DNA from: Tubiluchus corallicola
Lineage: Eukaryota; Animalia; Priapulida
Length of the DNA: 64,000 nt
Direction of reading: 5' to 3'
Assembly: GCA_030141605.1 (NCBI GenBank)
Contig: JAQGDQ010002402.1
Location: forward strand, 1 to 64,000
Below the pieces are notes generated by a model. It had not been told where the DNA came from. It was given only the letters and a program-made list of their open reading frames with translations, and searched no databases. A program made the position numbers and the translations under genes. This document shows, one piece after another, positions 42,493-51,620 of this stretch; position 1 is the stretch's first letter, and each line of letters starts with the position of its first letter.

Positions 42493-43035
42493 GTGCAAAT
42501 GACAAAAGAAACAAAAACAAAAAAAGACACTACAAAAAGTAAAAAGACAAGCACCCAAAAACAATCTAAAAGCAATGAACTAAAAAAAGAGGTGCAAGAA
42601 CTGCAACAAAAACTTAATGATACCATTGACAGGTACACCCGCCTTAGTGCAGAATTTGACAACTACCGAAAACGAACCCTCAAAGAAAAAATAGAGCTTA
42701 CAAAAAATGCAGGTGAAGAAATATATACCAACCTGCTACCTATTTCCGATGACTTTGACCGTGCCATAAAAGCACTGCAAGAAAGTAAAGACATAGATGC
42801 AGTAAAAGAAGGGATGCATCTTATATACGACAAATTTACAGAATTTCTTACCAAAAACGGCATCAAAGAAATAGAAACTATAGGAAAAGAATTCGACACC
42901 GACCTGCACGAAGCCATCACCAAAATACCAGCTCCTACTGCTGAACAAAAAGGCAAAATAATAGATGTAACAGAAAAAGGCTATTATCTCAACGACAAAG
43001 TGATAAGGTTTGCAAAAGTAGTCATAGGCGAATAA
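42493..43035 (+). CDS. grpE: Nucleotide exchange factor GrpE
   Basis: AEFDNYRKR, FDTDLHEA, GY.LNDKVIRFAKVV; start GTG 42493 or ATG 42499. Confidence 0.95.
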   Translation: MQMTKETKTKKDTTKSKKTSTQKQSKSNELKKEVQELQQKLNDTIDRYTRLSAEFDNYRKRTLKEKIELTKNAGEEIYTNLLPISDDFDRAIKALQESKDIDAVKEGMHLIYDKFTEFLTKNGIKEIETIGKEFDTDLHEAITKIPAPTAEQKGKIIDVTEKGYYLNDKVIRFAKVVIGE

Positions 43036-43060
43036 CTTCTACAACTAACAAAGTAAAACA

Positions 43061-44194
43061 ATGGCAAAAAGAGATTATTACGAAATATTAGGAGTATCCA
43101 AAAGCGCATCAGCAGATGAGATAAAAAAAGCCTATCGAAAAAAAGCTATACAATATCACCCTGATAGAAACCCTGACAACAAACAAGCTGAGGAAAACTT
43201 TAAAGAAGCTGCAGAGGCCTACGAAGTACTTAGCAACTCCCAAAAGAAAAGCCGCTACGACCAATTTGGACACGCAGGAGTAGGAAACGATGCTGGATTT
43301 GGTGGTCAAGGAATGAATATGGACGATATATTCTCACACTTTGGCGACATATTTGGCGATGCTTTTGGAAGAGGAGGTTTTAGTGGTTTTAGTGGTTTTG
43401 GTTCAAGAGGACGAGGTCAAAGACGCTCCAAAGGCTCAAGTCTAAGAGTAAAAGTAAAACTTACCTTAGAAGAAATAGAAAAAGGAGCAGAGAAAAAAAT
43501 AAAAGTCAACAAATACATTGCTTGTAAAAGTTGTAGCGGTAGTGGAGCAGAAAGCAATTCGGGATATTCTACTTGTAGCACCTGCGGAGGCACAGGACAA
43601 GTAACCCGAGTAATGAACACAATGTTAGGACAGATGCAAAGTACCACCACTTGCAATGCTTGTGGCGGAGAAGGAAAAACCATATCCAAAAAATGTAAAA
43701 CCTGCTATGGAGAAGGCATAGTAAAAGGCGAAGAAGTTATCAGCTTGAAAATACCCGCTGGCGTAATGGAAGGTATGCAACTTTCTGTAAGTGGTAAGGG
43801 AAATGCTGCACGCCGAGGTGGTGTTAATGGCGATCTTATTGTTCTCATACAAGAAATAGAACATCCAGAGCTCATACGTGACGAAAACGACCTTATATAC
43901 AATGCTGGAATAAGTATTGCAGATGCTATACTTGGTGTACCTCTTGAAATACCTACTCTTAAAAATAAAGTAAAAGTAAAAGTGGAAGCAGGCACACAAA
44001 GTGGAAAAATACTGCGACTAAGAGGAAAGGGACTACCAAGTATCAACAGCTATGGTAGAGGCGACCTACTTGTGCAAATAAATGTATGGATACCCAAGAA
44101 ACTAAGTAAAGAAGAAAAGAACTTGATAAAAAAACTACAAGACTCACCCAACTTACAACCGCAAAGAACTAGCAAAAACTTTCACAGAACCTAG
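43061..44194 (+). CDS. dnaJ: Chaperone DnaJ
   Basis: J-domain HPD, G/F region, four CxxCxGxG repeats. Confidence 0.97.
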   Translation: MAKRDYYEILGVSKSASADEIKKAYRKKAIQYHPDRNPDNKQAEENFKEAAEAYEVLSNSQKKSRYDQFGHAGVGNDAGFGGQGMNMDDIFSHFGDIFGDAFGRGGFSGFSGFGSRGRGQRRSKGSSLRVKVKLTLEEIEKGAEKKIKVNKYIACKSCSGSGAESNSGYSTCSTCGGTGQVTRVMNTMLGQMQSTTTCNACGGEGKTISKKCKTCYGEGIVKGEEVISLKIPAGVMEGMQLSVSGKGNAARRGGVNGDLIVLIQEIEHPELIRDENDLIYNAGISIADAILGVPLEIPTLKNKVKVKVEAGTQSGKILRLRGKGLPSINSYGRGDLLVQINVWIPKKLSKEEKNLIKKLQDSPNLQPQRTSKNFHRT

Positions 44195-44218
44195 GAAGTA
44201 CATTATTAAACACATAGT

Positions 44219-45544
44219 ATGACTTACGTATACAAAACCCTATTGTTTGTTTTATTCCTCCTTGTTAACAATAACATAGCCAAGTCGCAAAATCAAGACG
44301 ATGAGGTAGTTAAAATACAAATAGGTACAACTTCTAAACCCACTGATGCAGAAGTAAGTCTTAGGCTTAGTGCAAGATTTCAACATTACAACCCTAAGCC
44401 AGATGCTACACAAAAAGACTTTTACGACCGTAATATCTTCTCGCCTAAATCGGCTCTTGTATTAAACAACAAGCTATACATCAATTCACTAGAAGGCTAC
44501 AAAACAGTTGTTTACGACCTTGCAACTCTGAAACGAGAAGCAGTTATTAAACACGAATTCAAGGAAAAAGATTCCTCCCTATTTAAAAACACTTACTTTC
44601 TAGACTACAAATTCCAAAGCAGGAAAAAAAACCTTAATATATTTAAAGGAAAACCCGTAGAAATGACTACCTCACACAATGGGAAATACCTATGGGTAAC
44701 CTACTACCGCAGAAATTATGACAACAATGCAATAGACCCCTCTGCTGTAGCCATCATTAGTACTGAAACGAACAAAATAGTAAGGGTGATGCCCACTGCC
44801 CCACTACCTAAAATGATAGCCTCCTCACCTAACAACAAGTATATAGCTATCACCAACTGGGGCGATAATACTGCACATATTATAGACATTAGTAGCAACA
44901 ACTTCAACAATTTTAAATATACAGACCATATCATAGTAGGAAAAAAACTAAGCTATGAGCCCTCCGAAGAAAAAGTAAATAGAGACAGTAACTGCGGCTA
45001 TTGCCTTAGAGGAACTACCTTTACTCCAAATAGTAAATATCTATTGATAAGCAGAATGGGGGGCAGTGGAGGTATTACGGTGTATGACATAGAAAAAAGA
45101 AAAATTGCCAAAACCGTAATGGGTATGAAATCAAATGTAAGACATCTGACCATTAACAACAAACATCTATACCTTAGTAGCAACGCCACTGGCTATGTGC
45201 AAAAAACAAATTTAAACAACTTTATTTCATTTGTAGAAAATCCAGAACTTAAAACAAAAAATTATTTCAACTGGGAAAGCACTTATGTGGGCAAGGGAGC
45301 AAGAACTATTGTAACAAGCAATGATGGAAAATACACCTTTGCCACCTCCAACAACGATAGTAGAATATCAGTAATTAAAAATGAAACAATGAGAGTTATT
45401 GCCTCCATAGAAGCAGACTCCTATCCGGTAGGAATGGCAATTAACAACGACGACACAAAGCTAATAGTAACCTCACAAGGGAAAGGAGGCGAGGGAGGCA
45501 ACTCTGTAATGATTTTTGATATTCGCAAAAAACAACCTGAATAA
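44219..45544 (+). CDS. Secreted YncE/YVTN-like beta-propeller protein
   Basis: Signal peptide; repeated blades (SHNGKYLWV, SPNNKYIA, TPNSKYLL, SNDGKYTF). Confidence 0.7.
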   Translation: MTYVYKTLLFVLFLLVNNNIAKSQNQDDEVVKIQIGTTSKPTDAEVSLRLSARFQHYNPKPDATQKDFYDRNIFSPKSALVLNNKLYINSLEGYKTVVYDLATLKREAVIKHEFKEKDSSLFKNTYFLDYKFQSRKKNLNIFKGKPVEMTTSHNGKYLWVTYYRRNYDNNAIDPSAVAIISTETNKIVRVMPTAPLPKMIASSPNNKYIAITNWGDNTAHIIDISSNNFNNFKYTDHIIVGKKLSYEPSEEKVNRDSNCGYCLRGTTFTPNSKYLLISRMGGSGGITVYDIEKRKIAKTVMGMKSNVRHLTINNKHLYLSSNATGYVQKTNLNNFISFVENPELKTKNYFNWESTYVGKGARTIVTSNDGKYTFATSNNDSRISVIKNETMRVIASIEADSYPVGMAINNDDTKLIVTSQGKGGEGGNSVMIFDIRKKQPE

Positions 45545-45578
45545 AGAAAACTTAAAAACCTTATCAGCACCCTATAAC

Positions 45579-45679
45579 AGTATAACCCGCAAAATGAAAT
45601 GTAGACACCTTTTCTACATCCTTTTTGTGTTTCTTATGTCGTTTTCAAGAGGTTTAAAGCTCATTTTTCTTTAAATGTA
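45579..45679. repeat. Direct repeat flanking the Cas13 cassette, left copy (dispersed repeat copy 3, inverted relative to copies 1-2)
   Basis: AGTATAACCCGCAAAA.GAAAT...TTTTCTACAT.CTTTTTGTGTTTCTTATGTCGTTTTCAAG shared with 49194-49296. Confidence 0.85.
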
Positions 45680-45838
45680 TAATCGTCAAAAAGAAATGTG
45701 CAAAAAAATAAGAAGAATTGTACAGTTTCTTCGTCATTTTTGTTTTTTGGGTTACACTTTCTTTATTTTTTCCCCGTTCTTGTTGGCTTTTTTCTATTTC
45801 TATGATTCCACTTTTTTATCTCTAACATCTAAAAGTTA

Positions 45839-46270
45839 GGTGTATTTACCTTACAAATTAAGGTGGGTAACACCAGGTTTTTGAAAGTGAAGAATATGTT
45901 GTAAGGTGTATTTACCTTACAAATTAAGGTGGGTAACACCCAGAAGTTTAACGAGGCGTTGAAAGATAACGGTGTATTTACCTTACAAATTAAGGTGGGT
46001 AACACCTAAAATTTTAGATTTACAGCCTCATTTGTCGGTGTATTTACCTTGCAAATTAAGGTGGGTAACACCTTTAGAGGATGTCTCTGCGTTTAGTCCA
46101 TTGGTGTATTTACCTTACAAATTAAGGTGGGTAACACCAAGTGCCATTAATGGGAGCAACCCTGCACAGGTGTATTTACCTTACAAATTAAGGTGGGTAA
46201 CACCTTATGAAACCAGAAACATTCAACCAACTTAGGTGTATTTACCTTACAAATTAAGGTGGGTAACACC
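45839..46270 (-). CRISPR. Type VI-B-like CRISPR array: 7 x 36-nt repeats, 6 x 30-nt spacers
   Basis: Repeats start at 45839, 45905, 45971, 46037, 46103, 46169 and 46235 (period 66). Minus-strand repeat GGTGTTACCCACCTTAATTTGTAAGGTAAATACACC; one substitution at 46051; spacers are all different. Confidence 0.98.
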
Positions 46271-46275
46271 TAATG

Positions 46276-46283
46276 CAAATATA
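46276..46283 (-). promoter_or_regulatory. Putative Bacteroidota -7 promoter element driving the CRISPR array
   Basis: TATATTTG (TAnnTTTG consensus) on the minus strand, ending 5 nt before the first repeat. Confidence 0.6.
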
Positions 46284-46334
46284 ATACTTATTTTTAAAAG
46301 TGTTTCAGTCTTTTTTGCTGTATAAAAAATGACA

Positions 46335-48962
46335 TTATTTTGAGGGTAATAGCTGTTTCGCTTTGTTTTCTAGCTTTTTTTCTATTCTTTGGCGCATTTC
46401 TTTTATGATATCTTTTTGTGTTTTAAAGTCTCCAATATTGTAGTTTTCTAAATGAAAAGCAGCGTTTCTTGCTTTTATTAGTGGTTCTATGTTTATATTT
46501 TCAATAATGTATTTGTACTGCGAGTTGGCGTTTAGTTCGTTTATAAGTATGTTGAAGTTTATATATTCTGCTTCTTGGTCTGTATACTTTATTTTTTCTT
46601 TTTTAAACGTATCTTGTTTTAATTTCTTTTTCTCGTCAGACGAAAGTTGTTGACATATTTCTTTTTCAAAGTTCAGTATTTCTTGTATAAAGTCTTGGTG
46701 TATGGGATTAAATTCTCTCAGTTTGTTTTTTATTTCATAAGCGCGGATTTGTTCTTGTTTTTTTTCAAAAGAAGTTTTGAGCAGATTTTCTATATTTTTC
46801 AATTCTAGAATGTATGCCAAACGGTCGTAGTTTTGGTGCGAAAACACAATAGTTCTTCCACCTAAATGAAAGTTTAACTCTTTAAAAAAAGAGGTAAAGG
46901 GTATTTTTTTCTTGGAGGTTTGTTTTACTTCCATTTTTTCGTCATAATATTTTTGGGCAAAGAGCAGCATTAGTTCAGTTTCTATACGCAGCCTGTATAG
47001 GCTAATGGGGTATTGCTCTTTGTTGTTGTTTTTCTTTTTAAATTTTTGTTTGTCTTCTTCTGTAAAGTAAGGTAGGTTGTACTCTATGAGAGGTTGTACG
47101 TCTTTATAGTCTATTTTTTGGGTTTTGGTAAGATTTTCTTGGGGTATGGTTATGCTTTGGTATAGATGTTTGAGTAGGTATGGTAAGTTTTCGCAAAAGT
47201 GTTCTCCTATAGGAACTTTCATTTTTAGAGCTATTTTTTTTATAGTTTTCGTATCGCTTTCTGCAAGTTTTTTTTGAAATTTTTCCAGTTCGTTTATGTA
47301 TTGGGCTATCAGTTTATTGAGTAATCGATTTCTTTCGGGGAGTTCCTCTAATTTTAATTTTTCAAGGTTTGGCACAAGTTTTTTCTTCTTGTTTTTTAAA
47401 TAGCTCCAAAAATTGGAGGGTTTATGGTTGTAGCCTAGTAAGTGCTGTTTTAGTTCTTCGTATTGATTGTGTAGTGTTTTGTTTTCTTTGTCGTATGTTC
47501 TGTTAAGTTTTCCTTGATAGTTGTCTCCTGCTTCCAAAAAATAGTTGAGCAGGTACATTATTTTGTTTATAATTTCTTCTAGTTTTATTTTTGAGTTTCT
47601 ATAATTTGAGTTGGTTTTGTGTTCTTTGACTTTTTGATTTTTATAGTTTAATCTGGCTTTTAATTTTCTGTATTCTATTAATTGTTCTCTTACCGTTTTT
47701 TTTACGTTATCTTTCAGTTCTTCTATCCATTCTTGCTCATTGGGTTGGTAGTTGTTTTTTTTGTAGAATATGTGTTTTTTCAGGGCTAAGGGTAGTGTGT
47801 TGGCTATGTCTTTTTCAAATATTATGTTTTTTACAACAAGTTTGTTTTCTGATGCTGCTGTGCTATCTATTTTTTCTCCTTGTAGGGTGGTAGCTTCTTT
47901 TACATTAAAAAAGTATTCGTCCCAATCTTTGTTGTCTATAGCTAATAGTAATTTTTGATAATTTTTTATATATTTTATTATATGTTTGGTGGTAAATTTT
48001 TCTTTAAAAAAGTCATATAGCATCAAGTAATGCAGATATTTGCTAATACGTATTCTGGGGGTTGCTTTTAGGTTGTTGCTAAGAAACAGGTCTTCTTTTT
48101 GATACTCTAAAAGTAAGTGGTTGTTATGGAGTTTTACTATGGGTTCTAAGGTTTCTTTTTTCAATTGCACTTTTAAGGTTTGGGGACTCTGATAGGTGTA
48201 TGGTAGGGTTTTTTCCCATTGTGGTGTGTTTTTTTCTGGCTTTTGGTAGTTTTTGTTTTTGGAATATATAAAGAAGTCTTGCAGCTGGTCGTTTTCTATA
48301 AGTTGATGTGAGGTAAGATGAAAAAACCAGTTTTGTCTTTCGGGGAGTTTGTCTTCTTCATTTTCCTTCAATTCGTTTTGATAGTAGGTTGTGTAGTTGT
48401 TAAAAACTTCGGAGGGTATTCTGTTTAGATATGTTAGGGTTCGGTAAAATATATTGTGTGTAAAAAGATTCGGATTTTCTTCGCGTAGACATAAGGCTGT
48501 TAAAACGTTGCGTTTGTATCTGAAAAATTCTGTTTGAGTACCTTTGGTTCCTGTGGCAGTGGATAGTAGTAGGTGAGCAACGGCTTTTGAAAGAAAAGGC
48601 GATACAAGAAGTTTTAGCCCATCAGGTGTTAAAGGGATTTCTTCTGTTTCTTCATTTTTCAAGTTTTTTTCATTAGGAAAGAGTCTAAATTTTATGCGTT
48701 TTCTTTGGGGTAGAACAATACCTTTTTGGGCTTTGGATAGAAGGGTGTTGAGTGTTTTTTTAAAATCTTCTTCTATTGTAATTTGGAAGTTGCTTTCTCC
48801 GTGAGAAAAGTAGTTTCTAAGATATTTAATTTTTGAGGTTACAAGTTCTATTTCTGTTTTGCTGAATAGGTCGGGTCTTAGTTTTTCTTTTTGTTCTAGT
48901 TTTTTGATATATTCGTAAGCTAGGTTATAGGCTGCAGCGTATTGGTTTTTCAGAAAAGGCAT
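46335..48962 (-). CDS. cas13: Compact, divergent Cas13 (type VI-B-related) RNA-guided RNase, 875 aa
   Basis: HEPN motifs RNYFSH (aa 49-54; nt 48801-48818) and RNAAFH (aa 832-837; nt 46452-46469) at the two ends. Cas13b-like segments AAAYNLA, GLKLLVSPFLSK and LTYLNRIPSE. Lies 64 bp from a 36/30 array. Confidence 0.9.
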   Translation of the reverse strand: MPFLKNQYAAAYNLAYEYIKKLEQKEKLRPDLFSKTEIELVTSKIKYLRNYFSHGESNFQITIEEDFKKTLNTLLSKAQKGIVLPQRKRIKFRLFPNEKNLKNEETEEIPLTPDGLKLLVSPFLSKAVAHLLLSTATGTKGTQTEFFRYKRNVLTALCLREENPNLFTHNIFYRTLTYLNRIPSEVFNNYTTYYQNELKENEEDKLPERQNWFFHLTSHQLIENDQLQDFFIYSKNKNYQKPEKNTPQWEKTLPYTYQSPQTLKVQLKKETLEPIVKLHNNHLLLEYQKEDLFLSNNLKATPRIRISKYLHYLMLYDFFKEKFTTKHIIKYIKNYQKLLLAIDNKDWDEYFFNVKEATTLQGEKIDSTAASENKLVVKNIIFEKDIANTLPLALKKHIFYKKNNYQPNEQEWIEELKDNVKKTVREQLIEYRKLKARLNYKNQKVKEHKTNSNYRNSKIKLEEIINKIMYLLNYFLEAGDNYQGKLNRTYDKENKTLHNQYEELKQHLLGYNHKPSNFWSYLKNKKKKLVPNLEKLKLEELPERNRLLNKLIAQYINELEKFQKKLAESDTKTIKKIALKMKVPIGEHFCENLPYLLKHLYQSITIPQENLTKTQKIDYKDVQPLIEYNLPYFTEEDKQKFKKKNNNKEQYPISLYRLRIETELMLLFAQKYYDEKMEVKQTSKKKIPFTSFFKELNFHLGGRTIVFSHQNYDRLAYILELKNIENLLKTSFEKKQEQIRAYEIKNKLREFNPIHQDFIQEILNFEKEICQQLSSDEKKKLKQDTFKKEKIKYTDQEAEYINFNILINELNANSQYKYIIENINIEPLIKARNAAFHLENYNIGDFKTQKDIIKEMRQRIEKKLENKAKQLLPSK

Positions 48963-49008
48963 AGTTCTATTTTCTTTAAATGGTTAATGGTTTATTAAAA
49001 AGATAGTA

Positions 49009-49016
49009 CAAATATA
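49009..49016 (-). promoter_or_regulatory. Putative -7 promoter element of cas13
   Basis: TATATTTG about 46 nt upstream of the ATG at 48962. Confidence 0.55.
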
Positions 49017-49089
49017 GTTCTTTTTCTTAAAACAATATTGTAACCAAAAAAAGGATGTAAAAACTGTATAATTCGCCTTGTGAGTTACA

Positions 49090-49557
49090 ATTAGGTCATT
49101 TGTATGCTTTAAATTAGCATATAAGGTGATTTTTGTTACATATCTGCTTTAAAAATTAGCGTAGTTTTATAACTTGCTTTACAAAAAACTCTTAGTATAA
49201 CCCGCAAAACGAAATATAAGTATCTTTTCTACATTCTTTTTGTGTTTCTTATGTCGTTTTCAAGGGATTTAAAACTTTCTTTTTGTCTTAAATGTAAGTC
49301 CAACTGACACCCCAACTATTTTTCGTTGTTTTTTTGCACAAAAAAAAGGAGGCTTTTAGCCCCCCTGTAGATTGTTATTTGTCTGTATTTTGTGTGTTTA
49401 TATTGCTTTTATGGCTCGCTTTCAGTGTTTATTAGGCTATTTGTATACTTTAAATTAGCATATAAGGCGGTTTTGTTACATATCTGCTTTAAAAATTAGC
49501 GTTAAATTAGCGTAAATTAGCATAAACTTACTAACTTGCTTTACAAAGTGCTCTTAG
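49090..49557. repeat. Local direct duplication (49090-49196 and 49431-49557)
   Basis: ATTTGTAT.CTTTAAATTAGCATATAAGG...TTTTGTTACATATCTGCTTTAAAAATTAGCGT...TAACTTGCTTTACAAA occurs twice. Confidence 0.8.
49194..49296. repeat. Direct repeat flanking the Cas13 cassette, right copy (dispersed repeat copy 4)
   Basis: Matches 45579-45679 in the same orientation. Confidence 0.85.
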
Positions 49558-49568
49558 GTAGATAAATT

Positions 49569-50177
49569 TTATCTTTGATAAAAATTTTTATCCGAAGCTT
49601 CATAAGACTTTATCTGATCTTGTTGGCTTAATAAGAAATCAACATCATCAAAACCATTTAACAAGCATTTCTTCTTGTAAAAGCTAATCTCAAATTCCTC
49701 TGATTCTCTAGTTCCCACTATAGTAATGGTTTGTTTTTCCAGATCTACACTGAGTTTGGCTTTATTGTTATCTTTCACCTCTGCAAAAATCTTTTGAAGA
49801 AATTCTTCTGATACCTGCACGGGCAACAAACCATTATTCAACGAGTTGTTCTTAAATATGTCGGCAAAGAAACTAGACACTACTACTTTAAAACCATAAT
49901 CGTAAATAGCCCACACAGCATGTTCTCTACTCGAACCACAGCCAAAATTTTTGCCTGCTACTAGTATGTTTCCACTATATTTTGTGTCGTTAAGTATAAA
50001 ATCCTCCTTAGGAGTATCGTCATCATTAAACCTCCAATCTCTAAAAAGTGTTTCACCAAACCCTTCTCTTGATGTTTTTTTCAAAAAACGAGCAGGTATT
50101 ATTTGGTCTGTATCTATATTTTCAAGCATTATAGGAACAACAGTAGATGTTGTTTCTGTAAATTTTTCTATTGCCAT
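49569..50177 (-). CDS. leuD: 3-isopropylmalate dehydratase small subunit
   Basis: [31 protein letters not shown]. Confidence 0.96.
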   Translation of the reverse strand: MAIEKFTETTSTVVPIMLENIDTDQIIPARFLKKTSREGFGETLFRDWRFNDDDTPKEDFILNDTKYSGNILVAGKNFGCGSSREHAVWAIYDYGFKVVVSSFFADIFKNNSLNNGLLPVQVSEEFLQKIFAEVKDNNKAKLSVDLEKQTITIVGTRESEEFEISFYKKKCLLNGFDDVDFLLSQQDQIKSYEASDKNFYQR

Positions 50178-50219
50178 ATTTTACTGAGTTATTGAGTTAT
50201 CAATTTTTCAACTATAAAC

Positions 50220-51620
50220 TTATAGGAATTCTCGCGGGTCAACTACTTCTCCTGCAATAGCTGCAGCAGCTGCTGTAAGAGGGCTAGCAAGCATTGTACG
50301 AGAACCTGGACCTTGCCTTCCTTCAAAATTTCTATTAGAAGTAGAAACTGCATATTTCCCTTCTGGCACTTTATCCTCGTTCATCGCAAGGCAAGCAGAA
50401 CAACCAGGTTGTCTTATTTCAAAGCCTGCATCTTCTAATATTTCAGATACTCCTTCTTCTTTTATTTGTTGCTCTACAAGTTTTGAACCCGGCACTAACC
50501 AAGCTACAATATTTTTATGTTTCTTTTTACCTTTCACAAAATTGGCAAACTCTTTAAAATCTTCTATACGACCATTAGTACAACTACCCAAAAATACATA
50601 ATCTACCTTTTTGCCTAATAGTTTTTGTCCAGCCTCAAAGTCAAAATAAGCCAACGACTTCTTGAAAGAATCTAGCTCTTCGGGCTTTATAGTATCCAAA
50701 GCAGGGATAGATTGAGTAATGCCTATTCCCATACCCGGGCTTGAACCATAGGTTATCATAGGTTCTACGTCTCCAGCTTTAATATTTAACTCTCTATCGA
50801 ACCTTGCATCATCATCTGTTTTCAAGGTCTTCCAGTATTTCAAATGCTCTTCAAAATCCTCTCCCTTAGGTGCTCTTTCTCTGCCTTTAATATATTCAAA
50901 AGTCTTTTCATCAGGAGCTATCAGGCCACCCCTTGCTCCCATTTCTATACTCATATTACAAACTGTCATTCGCTCTTCCATCGACAAATTGCTAATGGTT
51001 GAACCTGCAAACTCTACAAAATAACCTGTTCCTCCTCCTGCCCCAAGTTGTGCTATGATATATAGTATAATATCTTTAGCCGTTACACCTTTTGCAAGTT
51101 CTCCATCTATGGAAATTCGCATTCTCTTAGGTTTCACTTGAAGGAGTGTTTGAGTAGCAAGCACCATTTCCACTTCTGAGGTACCTATTCCAAAAGCAAT
51201 ACATCCAAAAGCCCCGTGGGTAGAAGTATGACTATCGCCACATACTATGGTTTTTCCCGGTAAAGTAATGCCTAATTCAGGTCCTATTACATGTATTATT
51301 CCATTTTTAGGATGATTGTAGCCAAAAAATTCCACACCGTGATTAGCTGTATTTTCTCCTAATTTTTTTACTTGCAAACGAGATAATTCCTCCTTTATTG
51401 GTAGATGTTGGTCTTTCGTAGGGATGTTATGATCTACAGCAGCAAATGTTTGCTTAGGCTTTCTGACCTTTATACCTCGTTGGTCTAAACCTGCATAGGC
51501 CTGAGCACTAGTAACCTCGTGAGTAAAATGGGTATCTATGTAAAAGATAGTAGGGCCGCTAGGCACATTGGCAACAACATGGGCATTCCATATCTTATCA
51601 AATAATGTTTTTCCACTCAT
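50220..51620 (-). CDS. leuC: 3-isopropylmalate dehydratase large subunit
   Basis: [47 protein letters not shown]. Confidence 0.96.
   Translation of the reverse strand: MSGKTLFDKIWNAHVVANVPSGPTIFYIDTHFTHEVTSAQAYAGLDQRGIKVRKPKQTFAAVDHNIPTKDQHLPIKEELSRLQVKKLGENTANHGVEFFGYNHPKNGIIHVIGPELGITLPGKTIVCGDSHTSTHGAFGCIAFGIGTSEVEMVLATQTLLQVKPKRMRISIDGELAKGVTAKDIILYIIAQLGAGGGTGYFVEFAGSTISNLSMEERMTVCNMSIEMGARGGLIAPDEKTFEYIKGRERAPKGEDFEEHLKYWKTLKTDDDARFDRELNIKAGDVEPMITYGSSPGMGIGITQSIPALDTIKPEELDSFKKSLAYFDFEAGQKLLGKKVDYVFLGSCTNGRIEDFKEFANFVKGKKKHKNIVAWLVPGSKLVEQQIKEEGVSEILEDAGFEIRQPGCSACLAMNEDKVPEGKYAVSTSNRNFEGRQGPGSRTMLASPLTAAAAAIAGEVVDPREFL

Noticed and set aside
44219-45544. Beta-propeller gene as a Cas13 accessory protein
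   Set aside because: It lies outside the flanking repeats, on the opposite strand, has a secretion signal and follows dnaJ in orientation and composition.
45972-46235. 87-aa ORF with repeating YLPYKLRWVTP
   Set aside because: It is the translation of the CRISPR array (66-nt period), not a gene.
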